From Bdellovibrionota bacterium (GTDB lineage Bacteria; Bdellovibrionota_C; UBA2361; JAAYZI01), in contig JBMNIF010000003.1 of NCBI GenBank assembly GCA_050950765.1, positions 608,001 to 672,000 of the forward strand: a DNA stretch of 64,000 nt, in the 5' to 3' direction. Numbering within the stretch: position 1 is the stretch's first letter; each line of letters opens with the position of its first letter. The translations under genes were made by a program, and so were the position numbers. Positions 51,240-60,547 of the stretch are shown piece after piece. The notes under the pieces were generated by a model. That model searched no databases and was not told where the DNA came from. It saw only the letters and a list, made by a program, of their open reading frames with translations.

Positions 51240-52535
51240 ATGTCTAAATTTCTTGAAATAACAGGAGGAACTCCACTTGCCGGACGTGTCAAAGTAAGTG
51301 GCGCTAAAAACGCCATCCTACCGATGTTGATAGCCTCACTCCTTACCTCAGAAGAGTGCGAATACACTAATGTGCCACGTTTGCAAGATATCAACTTTAC
51401 GATAGGGCTTTTGGAACACTTCGGCGCTGATGTGCAGTATTTTAACGGTCGAATCACCTCAAAAACTCCAAAGCTAATCGCAACGGAGGCGAGTTACAGT
51501 TTAGTAAAAGCGATGCGAGCTTCCTTTTGGGTTTTAGGTCCCCTACTTGCTCGAGGCGGTGCCGCCAGAGTTGCCATGCCTGGAGGTGATGTCATCGGAG
51601 CCAGACCTGTCGATATGCACCTTACCGGATTAATGCAGATGGGTGCTGATATTAAAATAAAGCACGGCGTTGTTTACGCCACAGCAGAACACGGCTTAAA
51701 AGCGGCCGAAATCAATCTGCGCTTCCCATCAGTCGGTGCCACTCATCAACTATTAATGGCTGCTGCTTTAACAAAAGGCACAACCGTTTTGCGTGGTGTT
51801 GCACGCGAACCTGAGGTCGTAGCATTAGCTGACTTTATCAACTCAATGGGGGGTGACGTTGAAGGAGCAGGTACTTCAGAGCTTATCATTAGAGGTAAAG
51901 ACGAACTGCACGGTGCAAAAGCAGATACTATCGGAGACCGTATCGAAGCAGGAACTTTTTTACTAGCAGCTGCTATCACCGGCGGCGAAGTTGAAGTGTG
52001 CGGCTTTAATTCGAAAGATCTCGGTGATTTTTTAACTATCCTTACAGATTTAGGGTTACAGATCGAAACTACACAAGATACCGTTAAGCTTCTACGTAGA
52101 GAACGCCCCCTCAAAGCCTCTCTAAGGCTCGCAACTGGTCCTTTTCCGGAGTTTGCTACGGATTTACAAGCTCCCCTAATGGCACTTCTAACGCAGGTAG
52201 AAGGAGAAAACAGACTTGAAGAGAACGTTTTTGAAGGTCGTTTCGGACACGTTTCTGAACTGTGCCGCATGGGTGCTAAGATCTTTGTTGAAGATAGGAT
52301 CGCTAAGATCTCCGGCGCTACTAAGTTAACGGGTGCGCCCGTTGAAGCATTCGATATTAGAGGTGCCGCTTGTCTCGTAATAGCAGCACTGGCAGCACAC
52401 GGCACCTCCCAGATTCAAGGCGCTTATCACCTTGAAAGAGGATACTCCGATTTAGAACAGAAATTACGATCACTTGGCGCAAAAGTCGGAATAAAGGTAG
52501 CCGATCCTGACGATTTCCTATTCACAGGCTGCTAA
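51240..52535 (+). CDS. murA: UDP-N-acetylglucosamine 1-carboxyvinyltransferase
   Basis: SGAKNAILP, MRASFWVLGPL, PGGDVIGARPVDMH, SVGAT, DRIEAGT, F.TDLQ, ERGY. Confidence 0.96.
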   Translation: MSKFLEITGGTPLAGRVKVSGAKNAILPMLIASLLTSEECEYTNVPRLQDINFTIGLLEHFGADVQYFNGRITSKTPKLIATEASYSLVKAMRASFWVLGPLLARGGAARVAMPGGDVIGARPVDMHLTGLMQMGADIKIKHGVVYATAEHGLKAAEINLRFPSVGATHQLLMAAALTKGTTVLRGVAREPEVVALADFINSMGGDVEGAGTSELIIRGKDELHGAKADTIGDRIEAGTFLLAAAITGGEVEVCGFNSKDLGDFLTILTDLGLQIETTQDTVKLLRRERPLKASLRLATGPFPEFATDLQAPLMALLTQVEGENRLEENVFEGRFGHVSELCRMGAKIFVEDRIAKISGATKLTGAPVEAFDIRGAACLVIAALAAHGTSQIQGAYHLERGYSDLEQKLRSLGAKVGIKVADPDDFLFTGC

Positions 52536-52654
52536 ACCCTTTTTTCCCTTACATTGCTAGTCTTAATTCCATACCTAATACTCACAAAATATAAAAAAAT
52601 CTTTTTTCCCATCCCCTGCATCCAATACCGTGTGAAGTTAAGGAACCTCTAAAA

Positions 52655-53881
52655 ATGAAAACTCAAGGCTACGCAAAAAGTGATATCGGTTTAGTTCGCC
52701 CTCATAATGAAGATTACTACATCTGTAACGATAAATTGGGGCTTTATATCGTATGTGACGGAGTCGGAGGAAATGCCGCAGGTGAGGTAGCTTCAAAAAC
52801 TGCCGCAGAAACCACACAAAGTTACATCTCACAACACATTAAAGACTTAGACGATATAAAAGAAAACAGAGAAGCCGCACTTATAAAACTGGTAGAAGAC
52901 GGTATTCAGGAAGCGTGCGCCACAGTTTATAAATTAGCTCAAGAAAATAAAACATTCTCCGGCATGGCGACGACCTTAACTCTACTCCTTATTAGAGACA
53001 GTAAGGCCGTTATGGGTCATGTTGGAGATAGTAGACTTTATCTAAAAAGAGGCGAGAGTGTTAACCAACTTAGTAATGACCACACCTTCGTCAATGAACT
53101 TTTTCAACAAGGTTGTATCTCTGAAGAAGCTTTGGAATCTAGTCCTTATGCCAACGTTATTACACGCTCTATCGGACACGAACCGTGTGTTCAGGTTGAT
53201 ACACTACTCTTCGACACCCTACCACAAGACCTCTTTTTACTTTGTAGTGATGGCTTTACAAAAGAGCTCTCTCCAAAAACGGAGCTACCATCACTTTTAA
53301 CTACGGAATCCCTTAAAGACCTCCCTGATAAATTAATCACGGTGGCAACAGAAAGAGGAGGACACGACAACTGCACCATCGTGATCATTGAAAACACTAT
53401 TATTGATGATTCGACAGAAAACAGATCTAAAGTTGAAGAACATACTAAAGAAGTTATGTTACGTTTGGGCACCCTCAAGCAACTTAACCTCTTCCAGAGC
53501 TTAACACTACGCGAACTCTTAACCGTAATGGAGATAATCTCCGTAGAACAGTGTCCAAAAGGAACAAAACTCATTACAGAAGGGGCAGAAGGAAGCTATC
53601 TTTACATTATCCTTGAGGGAGAGTTCTCAGTCAGTAAGTGCGGTCAACACCTTTCAACATTAGGTAGCGGAAAACATTTCGGCGAGATGGCACTCCTTAA
53701 CAACAATCCACGCACAGCGACCGTTACTGCCGAAACAGACGGACGTATGCTAGTTATTGAACACCAAAGTTTTCAACGGCTACTCACACAACACAGTGAT
53801 ATCGGCGTGAAACTTCTGTTCCGTTTAGCAAATGAACTTTGTAAGAGACTGGATGATGCTAACCTACACGCCATCAGTTAA
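52655..53881 (+). CDS. PP2C phosphatase fused to a C-terminal cyclic-nucleotide-binding domain
   Basis: VCDGVGG, HVGDSRLY, LCSDG, GGHDN; then EGAEGSYLYIILEG, FGEMALL, PRTATV. Confidence 0.92.
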   Translation: MKTQGYAKSDIGLVRPHNEDYYICNDKLGLYIVCDGVGGNAAGEVASKTAAETTQSYISQHIKDLDDIKENREAALIKLVEDGIQEACATVYKLAQENKTFSGMATTLTLLLIRDSKAVMGHVGDSRLYLKRGESVNQLSNDHTFVNELFQQGCISEEALESSPYANVITRSIGHEPCVQVDTLLFDTLPQDLFLLCSDGFTKELSPKTELPSLLTTESLKDLPDKLITVATERGGHDNCTIVIIENTIIDDSTENRSKVEEHTKEVMLRLGTLKQLNLFQSLTLRELLTVMEIISVEQCPKGTKLITEGAEGSYLYIILEGEFSVSKCGQHLSTLGSGKHFGEMALLNNNPRTATVTAETDGRMLVIEHQSFQRLLTQHSDIGVKLLFRLANELCKRLDDANLHAIS

Positions 53882-54052
53882 TATAACAAAAAACCTTTAA
53901 AAATCGTTATAGAATTTTAATCGTCATCAAAACGCTTACGACCGTTTTTCTCGGAGGGATTAAAAACCTATCTCTATCTGATCATCTTTAATAAAGAAAA
54001 AAACACCTTTCATAAAGATAATTTTGTAACCGTCCATACCTTTAAATAAAAT

Positions 54053-54856
54053 TTATTTATGCTCGTGTGTTTGTAAATGTTCCAGACAGTAACAAGCTTG
54101 CCCTTTACACTTACTACAATAACGGAATTCCTTTTCCGGATTACTCTTTTCAGTAGCACCGCACACTAAACAACAATGTACTGCACGCTCATCAACTACT
54201 TTATTCTGCAATTTACGGGCGATTTGTCTCTTCCCGTAACGGAGATCTTGATAGTGCGATTTCCCAAAAAATAGGGTATAATTAAAGATCGCCGCCACAG
54301 TCAGTAAACGGCTATTCCAATCTCCTAAAATTAACAGATAGAAGTAACCGACCCAAGTAAGCCAAGCCAGCCACTTAACTTTAATGGGCAAGATAAAGAA
54401 AAGCATGATCTGCAGATCTGGATTAAGTCGTGCAAACGCCAAGAAAACAGTTGTAGCAATAAAACCGTTAGAGATCGGTAGCATGGCATAAAACGGCGAA
54501 AAAAGAAGCGGGATTAGAAGAGCTGCCACAAGGGTAGCTAACCAGCCGACTAATAAAAATAGTGTGTACTTAAAATCACCCCAATAGTTCTCTAAACTTT
54601 TCCCGAAAACGTAAAATATATACCAAGCAAAAAACATCAAAATCGGATGAGAGAGTGGCGGAAAAAATAAAAATGTAAGTGCTCTCCAATACTCTCCTTG
54701 ATACAACGCTGCCGGAACAAGCACGATATTCTCTGCTAAAGATGCGTTTTGCTGCATCAAAAAATACACCACAACCTGCACAAGAATTAAGAGCGAAGTT
54801 AAATTCGGAATCGCTAAAAATCCGATCTTCTTTTCAAGTTTATCAACAAATCCCAT
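54053..54856 (-). CDS. Rhomboid/Derlin-like membrane protein with C-terminal Cys/His zinc finger (start set at ATG 54856)
   Basis: GEYWRALTF, LENYWGDFKY, FFILPIKVKWL; C-terminal CLVCG...YCSKC...YCLEHLQTH. Confidence 0.7.
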   Translation of the reverse strand: MGFVDKLEKKIGFLAIPNLTSLLILVQVVVYFLMQQNASLAENIVLVPAALYQGEYWRALTFLFFPPLSHPILMFFAWYIFYVFGKSLENYWGDFKYTLFLLVGWLATLVAALLIPLLFSPFYAMLPISNGFIATTVFLAFARLNPDLQIMLFFILPIKVKWLAWLTWVGYFYLLILGDWNSRLLTVAAIFNYTLFFGKSHYQDLRYGKRQIARKLQNKVVDERAVHCCLVCGATEKSNPEKEFRYCSKCKGQACYCLEHLQTHEHK

Positions 54857-55015
54857 ACGTCCTTTATGCTTTAACTCTCTAATAAAATAATCTAAAATAT
54901 CTACGTCTTTTTGATCAAAACATATCTTTAAATAATACCCTTTCAGTATATGCAAAGCTTAGCTTACAATCAAAGAAATGCAGCATAAACCCTATAATTA
55001 AAGAGGCTCTTACAG

Positions 55016-55999
55016 GTGAAATATTTAATAACAGGCGCAAACGGTTTTATCGGAAATTGTCTAACAAAAACACTACTCGAAAAGGGACACTCCGTGCGAT
55101 GTCTTATCAGAAAGGAGAGCGACTTAACCCAATTAAAAGATCTACCTCTCGAATACTATACAGGCTCTCTCCTTGAACCTTCTTCACTCTTACCTGCTTT
55201 AGACGGTGTAGATTACATCTTTAATTTTGCAGGTAAAACACGCGCCCTAAAAAACTCGGAATACTTTCAAACAAACGCACTCGGGGCAAAAAATCTCTTC
55301 CAAGCAGCACAAGAAGCCTGCCCTAAAATAAAACGTATCCTGCACGTCAGTAGCCTCGCTGCAGCAGGACCATCACAAACTACAAACCCGTTAACGGAAG
55401 AAGATCCGCCACACCCCGTTACGCCTTACGGAGAGAGTAAATTAGAGAGTGAAAAGATAGCGCACTCTTTTAGCGATCTCCTTCCTATCACCATCATTCG
55501 TCCCCCTGTTGTATATGGACCCTCTGATAAGAGCGGCTTCGCTCTCTTTAAAAGCGCAGCGAAAGGTTTAAATATCTCTATCGGAAACCGTAACCCACTC
55601 CTTATGCCCATCTATGTGCAAGATCTGGTAAACGCCGCCTACCACTTAGCGCACGCCCCCGCTGCCGTTGGAGAGACTTTCTTTGTTTGCGGTGCTGAAA
55701 TCACCTCACCTGCAGAGCTTTTTAAGATCTTAAGCTCCGCTGTAAACTTAAACTCTCCACCACGCACTATTCAGATCCCCCCTCTTTTAGCTGCATCGGC
55801 AGTTTTTTGTTTAGAGCTACGAGCGCAACTTGTGCGTCGTCCGAATCGATTAAACTCGGCGAAACTAACAGAATTAAAATACCCAGCTTGGCTAGCTAGT
55901 AGCAAAAAAGCCACGTCGCTAGGGGTTGAACATAAAACAACGCTCTCTCAAGGGCTGCTTCAGACACTTACTTGGTATCAAAATGCAGGTTGGTTATAA
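55016..55999 (+). CDS. NAD-dependent epimerase/dehydratase (extended SDR)
   Basis: TGANGFIG, SSLAAAG, YGESK, RPPVVYGP. Confidence 0.92.
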   Translation: MKYLITGANGFIGNCLTKTLLEKGHSVRCLIRKESDLTQLKDLPLEYYTGSLLEPSSLLPALDGVDYIFNFAGKTRALKNSEYFQTNALGAKNLFQAAQEACPKIKRILHVSSLAAAGPSQTTNPLTEEDPPHPVTPYGESKLESEKIAHSFSDLLPITIIRPPVVYGPSDKSGFALFKSAAKGLNISIGNRNPLLMPIYVQDLVNAAYHLAHAPAAVGETFFVCGAEITSPAELFKILSSAVNLNSPPRTIQIPPLLAASAVFCLELRAQLVRRPNRLNSAKLTELKYPAWLASSKKATSLGVEHKTTLSQGLLQTLTWYQNAGWL

Positions 56000-56122
56000 A
56001 AAGTGTTTTCACACGGTTTACAGAAACACCTAACAAGACTTACTCTCTAAGTCACAGGAAGTCTTAGACCTTGTCAAAGTGCCTGATCTTTTATAGAAGC
56101 CAAATATAAGAAAGAGACCCTT

Positions 56123-56605
56123 TTGGAGGAAGATATGTTCACACGCTCGTCACTTATCTGCTTGATTATGTTTTTAGTATCGTGCTCTTCTACTAAGCCC
56201 CTCCCCGAGCCGCAAACTATGACTCGCACTGAGTACATCGAGATCAATTACAAGATGCAGCCACATATCAAGAAAGCTAAAGAGTCCCTACCTTACGCTA
56301 AGGATAAGTATTTACGTGGTTTAAAGGACGGCGAAAAGATGTTTCTCACAGTTAAATTATACGACCACGACAAGAGTTTTGAACAACTTGAGGTCGCTGT
56401 GGTGGATTGGTATGAAAACAGTATACTCGGAAGGATCTCCAGTCAGGTCTTCGTTTTGCAAAATTATCATCAAGGTGACTTGATAAACTTTACAGATGAT
56501 AACGTTGTTGATTGGACGATAGTCAGATCCGATGGCACCTTTGAAGGCGGATATGTCAGAAAGTTCTTAAAAAGTTGTGGATCTAAAAAATTAGGGCACA
56601 GATAA
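56123..56605 (+). CDS. DUF2314/YegJ-like lipoprotein (likely start ATG 56135)
   Basis: Lipobox LVS-C; KAKESL, GDLINF...VVDW...GTFEGG. Confidence 0.6.
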   Translation: MEEDMFTRSSLICLIMFLVSCSSTKPLPEPQTMTRTEYIEINYKMQPHIKKAKESLPYAKDKYLRGLKDGEKMFLTVKLYDHDKSFEQLEVAVVDWYENSILGRISSQVFVLQNYHQGDLINFTDDNVVDWTIVRSDGTFEGGYVRKFLKSCGSKKLGHR

Positions 56606-56706
56606 CTCTTACCTTTAAAAAAGCACCCCCTTTAAGGTTATTACTTGTTGATAAAGTTAACGGGTTAAGAAAAAGAAAAGTTTTTAAGGAAGACTCTTTG
56701 GAGGTC

Positions 56707-56783
56707 TGGTCGGGTTGAGCAGATTTGAACTGCCGACCTCTCGCACCCCAAGCGAACGCGCTACCAGTCTGCGCCACAACCCG
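56707..56783 (-). tRNA. tRNA-Pro(GGG)
   Basis: CGGGTTG...TTCGC-TTGGGGT-GCGAG...GTTCAAATC...CAACCCGACCA. Confidence 0.95.
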
Positions 56784-56959
56784 ACGACACATCGCAATTC
56801 TATAAAACAATACCCTTTAAAATACAAGCTACACCAAGTTTTTTACGTAGTTCTTTCAATAAGATCTCGATGAGTGTATCTTTTTTTGTTCAAGAAGATT
56901 CCGAATCTTTACTTTTCAAATAATTCTTCTTAGAATCCCCTTCACTTCGGTACTGATGT

Positions 56960-57035
56960 GGGCCTATAGCTCAGCTGGGAGAGCGCTTGACTGGCAGTCA
57001 AGAGGTCAGCGGTTCGATCCCGCTTAGGTCCACCA
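56960..57035 (+). tRNA. tRNA-Ala(GGC)
   Basis: GGGCCTA...CTTGA-CTGGCAG-TCAAG...GTTCGATCC...TAGGTCCACCA; G3:U70 Ala identity pair. Confidence 0.95.
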
Positions 57036-57465
57036 ATTTTTTTTGCCACTTTTCCCCTCCCCGAGCCCCTTCCTTTCTACAATAAAATCATAATAAAAAG
57101 ATTAGGTTAGATATATTAAGGAGCATTTGATCAAGCTCCGTTGATTATATTAAAATACATCTAATAAAAGATATTTTTACTTGCGTTCTTTAAAAAAATT
57201 GCTGTGGTAGATCTGCGTTTAGAGGTCACTCCTCAACGATTACTGCTAAAAACTATCGTTAAATATATCACTATCAGAAACTTCCTATCACCCTCCTCTC
57301 TATAATATCACCTTAACAACTCTCGTTTTCCGTTAAACACAGTGATGGTTGGGAAGAAACAGCTCATACTAAGTATAAAGGTTGTTTTACAATGTTTTAT
57401 AAGAGTTTGTTTCTTATTCCCCCCCCTGCACACACGTAAGTAGTAAAGAAAGGAACGTACGCACC

Positions 57466-57789
57466 ATGTTACTACAACTTATCTGTGACTTTGCCATCAA
57501 GGTCATCCACCAGAGCCAAGCTAGAGTTGATGCACTTTGTCGTTTTTGCGGCGGTGAAGATGATATTCTACTTGGATTTAACGAACTGTACATTCAGACC
57601 GTTATGTTTTTCGCCTTAATTCAAGCAGTTGTGCTGACATCTGCTATTAGAAGCGAAAAGGGGATTTTCCGCACTGTGATGTTTACGATCTTTATCGCGT
57701 TGTTCGCGTTTTTTCCAAGCATCATAATTTACAGCATTCCCGTCACGGTAATATTCATCATTCTCACACGAAAAAGAATTGATGCTTAA
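57466..57789 (+). CDS. Small hypothetical membrane protein
   Basis: AAGGAA RBS; two to three hydrophobic segments. Confidence 0.5.
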   Translation: MLLQLICDFAIKVIHQSQARVDALCRFCGGEDDILLGFNELYIQTVMFFALIQAVVLTSAIRSEKGIFRTVMFTIFIALFAFFPSIIIYSIPVTVIFIILTRKRIDA

Positions 57790-57900
57790 CCGTCCTAAGG
57801 GAATGCTCGATTCGTCCTCATAATGAATACTGAATGCAAAAAAGGAGGGAGTACAAAAAGGCTTTTTTACTACGGTATGATGCTGTTACTCCCTACCATT

Positions 57901-58275
57901 TTTTCCCTTACATATAAAATTTAAAAACTATAACTATCGCTAAACCCTCTTCCGCTTCTTCTTTTTCCTTACATACAAAATTCTAAAAACAATACTTGCC
58001 GCTAAACTCCCTTCCGCTTCTTTTTCCTTACATACAAAATTTAAAAACTATAACTATCGCCAAACCCTCTTCCACTTCTTCTTTTTCCTTACATACAAAA
58101 TTCTAAAAACAATACTTGCCGCTAAACTCTCTACCGCTTCTTTTTCCTTACATACGAAATTTAAAAACTATAACTATCGCCAAACCCTCTTCCACTTCTT
58201 TTTTCCTTACATACAAAATTCTAAAAACAATACTTGCTACTAAACTCCCTACCGCTTCTTCTTTTTCCTTACATA
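57901..58275. repeat. Tandem array of six ~60-bp units alternating A/B (120-bp higher-order period) plus a partial seventh
   Basis: Each unit starts TTTTTCCTTACATA(C/T)AAAATT. A units continue TAAAAACTATAACTATCGC; B units continue CTAAAAACAATACTTGC. Confidence 0.9.
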
Positions 58276-58296
58276 AAAAATAAAGAGGATGCTTTT

Positions 58297-59106
58297 TTAA
58301 AAAGAGATAACTTGCGCTTTTCCACCATTAAAGACGGTGTAGCCTTTAAAACCCACCGCCTTAAGTTGTTCAAAGATTATCTCAAAAAAAGCTGCGATAT
58401 CTGCAGCACGGTGTGCATCGGATCCTACTGTAATCAACTCTCCACCCAACTCTTTATACCGTTTAATAATATCAAAATTAGGATGCGGAGTGTTTAAGCC
58501 GTAAAGAAAACCAGAAGTATTAATTTCAATCCCTTTACCACGCTCAATAAGAGCCGTTAAAACTTGATCTATCAGAGTAGCATACTTTGCGTATGAATAT
58601 CCCTCATTTTTATGCGGCGCATAACGCACAATGTAATCAAGGTGCCCGTAGACATTAAATCCGGAAAAGGCTTTAATATTTTCAACGATAGATTGAAAAT
58701 AACGCGTAATGACCTCTTCTTCACTTCTATCTCTCCAGAAAGATCTCTCATACGGATCCCGCATATCCAAAAGGTGTGAAGAGCCGATAATAAAATCAAA
58801 GTGATATGCGTTGATTAAATTGCTATACCGTTCTGCAAGGTGCGGCACTAACCCCAACTCAATTCCACGTAATATCTCGATCTTTGCACCATAGATACCC
58901 CTTAACCTATCAACTTCTGCAAAATACGCTTCTAGATCAGTTTCAAATATTACACCCTCATCTAACGGATAATCGTAATCAATATGCTCTGTAAAACAGA
59001 TCTGTTCTAAGCGTAGTTCAATAGCACGCTTAACCATATTTTCCATCGGTTCCGTACTATCCGCAGAAAAGTTGGTGTGCAGATGATAATCAACCTTTAT
59101 CGACAT
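58297..59106 (-). CDS. Histidinol-phosphatase, PHP/HisJ(HisK) family (start set at ATG 59106)
   Basis: DYHLHTNFSADS, FTEH, GIELG, IGSSH, GHLDY, EINTSG, GSDAH. Confidence 0.88.
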   Translation of the reverse strand: MSIKVDYHLHTNFSADSTEPMENMVKRAIELRLEQICFTEHIDYDYPLDEGVIFETDLEAYFAEVDRLRGIYGAKIEILRGIELGLVPHLAERYSNLINAYHFDFIIGSSHLLDMRDPYERSFWRDRSEEEVITRYFQSIVENIKAFSGFNVYGHLDYIVRYAPHKNEGYSYAKYATLIDQVLTALIERGKGIEINTSGFLYGLNTPHPNFDIIKRYKELGGELITVGSDAHRAADIAAFFEIIFEQLKAVGFKGYTVFNGGKAQVISF

Positions 59107-59144
59107 CTCGTTGTCTCTCCCCTTTACACATACCCACAAGGCAT

Positions 59145-59170
59145 AAAAAAACGCGGACTATGCCGCGTTT
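59145..59170 (-). terminator. Intrinsic terminator after the RRM-S18 gene
   Basis: Minus strand AAACGCGG-CATAGT-CCGCGTTT followed by a T run. Confidence 0.7.
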
Positions 59171-59211
59171 CTCCTACTTTCAAAATTAAAGAGCTTTATA
59201 GCTGCTCGCTA

Positions 59212-59760
59212 CTACGATCTAAAAGGCATCAGACCTACATTCTGCGCACGTTTAATCGCCTTAGCGATCTTCCTCTGATTATAAGCTGTTAATCCTGTTA
59301 AACGACGCGATAGAATCCTGCCTCTTTCACTAACGAAACGTGAAAGCACTGCTACATCTCTGTAATCTATGGTTTTGCTCTGATCCATTAAAAACGGATC
59401 CACCTTGCGATGACGTTTAAAAAGCTGCATCCTCTGAATAGGCGGCAGTGATTCTCTCTGACGACGCTCACCACCACTACCCGAAGAGGCTTTATTATCT
59501 TCCCAACTACTCGGCTTACCACGATCGAAGCAGACCTTCATCGGGCGACCGTTAATGACCTTACCATCTAACTCATCGATAGCCTTCTGAGCAGCTTCCT
59601 CGTTTGTCATCTCAACAAAAGCAAACCCCTTGGAGCGCTGGCTCTCTCTATCAGTCGCAATAACAACATTTACACAAGAACCAACCTTATCAAACATCTC
59701 TTTAAGAGTGTCATTGGTGACATCAAAATCTATATTACTAACAAATAATTTACTCTTCAT
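59212..59760 (-). CDS. rpsR: Fusion of an N-terminal RRM RNA-binding domain and 30S ribosomal protein bS18
   Basis: RNP2 LFVSNI, RNP1 KGFAFVEM; C-terminal [50 protein letters not shown]. Confidence 0.9.
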   Translation of the reverse strand: MKSKLFVSNIDFDVTNDTLKEMFDKVGSCVNVVIATDRESQRSKGFAFVEMTNEEAAQKAIDELDGKVINGRPMKVCFDRGKPSSWEDNKASSGSGGERRQRESLPPIQRMQLFKRHRKVDPFLMDQSKTIDYRDVAVLSRFVSERGRILSRRLTGLTAYNQRKIAKAIKRAQNVGLMPFRS

Positions 59761-60128
59761 CGTGTTACTTAATAATAAACAAAAAATAGCGACAAAACGC
59801 CTACATAGAGCGTAATCATATATAAGAGTATTAAAATAAAGTCAAGACAGGGCAGCCATCAAAAGCGATGCTAAGAGGTTGATTTCTATTAAAACCCCCC
59901 TACTTTTTCAAAACACGATTTTGCAACATAGAACACGGCGAATAAAAAAAGTAATTTAAAGAGAAAAGTTTGTGTTTTTCAACACTTAATCACCAATTCG
60001 TGCAGATTCTATCTTGACCTTTCTTAGTTTAAACAGCTAAAAGCTGTCTTGTGCCGAAATTGTAGAGATTTCTTGCACCTATCGATTAACTTCCCGTCTT
60101 TACGTTTTTCAATAGAGAGAAGAAAAGT

Positions 60129-60455
60129 ATGAGTAATTCTTCAGCAGTTAATAGGTTTTCATCTGATCGTGAAGAAGATATTGATGCATCATCGCCCGTT
60201 AAACCAGAACGCAACCTCCTTGCCGCTGTATTAGCAAGAGCAATTTGCGATGCTTTCGGGACGGCGCATTGTGAGCGTCACGTCGTTCGCGGTGCCAGAC
60301 AGTGGTTGTTCGGCAAGCTTACCCCAAAAGAGCCCTTTAGTTTCGCTTGGGTCGCCTTGCATTTAGATTTAGATCCGATCTCATTGCAACAGAATTTACA
60401 CGGCTACGAAGCAAATCCTGAAGAGATTCAAGATCGCTTATCCCTCTTACGATAA
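60129..60455 (+). CDS. Small helical hypothetical protein
   Basis: PERNLLAAVLARAICD...ARQWLF...PFSFAWVALHLDLDP; purine-rich RBS; downstream hairpin. Confidence 0.7.
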   Translation: MSNSSAVNRFSSDREEDIDASSPVKPERNLLAAVLARAICDAFGTAHCERHVVRGARQWLFGKLTPKEPFSFAWVALHLDLDPISLQQNLHGYEANPEEIQDRLSLLR

Positions 60456-60505
60456 CTGTTAGCGAAAGTCACGTATTATCGTTAACTCTTTTAGGATTTA
60501 GAAGA

Positions 60506-60547
60506 TCCCTTCTCTCTCCTGTAAAAAAGGAGAAGAAGGACTTTTTT
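60506..60547 (+). terminator. Probable intrinsic terminator
   Basis: CCTTCTCTCTCCT...AGGAGAAGAAGG followed by a T run. Confidence 0.5.

Noticed and set aside
51746..52405. 219-aa antisense ORF inside murA, and the many other short overlapping ORFs in the track
   Set aside because: They lie within well-supported genes on the opposite strand or another frame and show no motifs.
56583..56810. 75-aa ORF
   Set aside because: It overlaps tRNA-Pro(GGG) on the same strand.
43949..57035. Prophage or integrative element at the tRNA genes
   Set aside because: No integrase, phage genes or duplicated tRNA 3' ends were seen; the intervening genes are mostly housekeeping.
57901..58275. CRISPR array
   Set aside because: The would-be spacers are themselves repeated (A/B alternation), the repeat is not palindromic, and no cas genes are in the window.
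58234..58497. 87-aa plus-strand ORF
   Set aside because: It starts inside the tandem repeat and runs antisense to the histidinol phosphatase.
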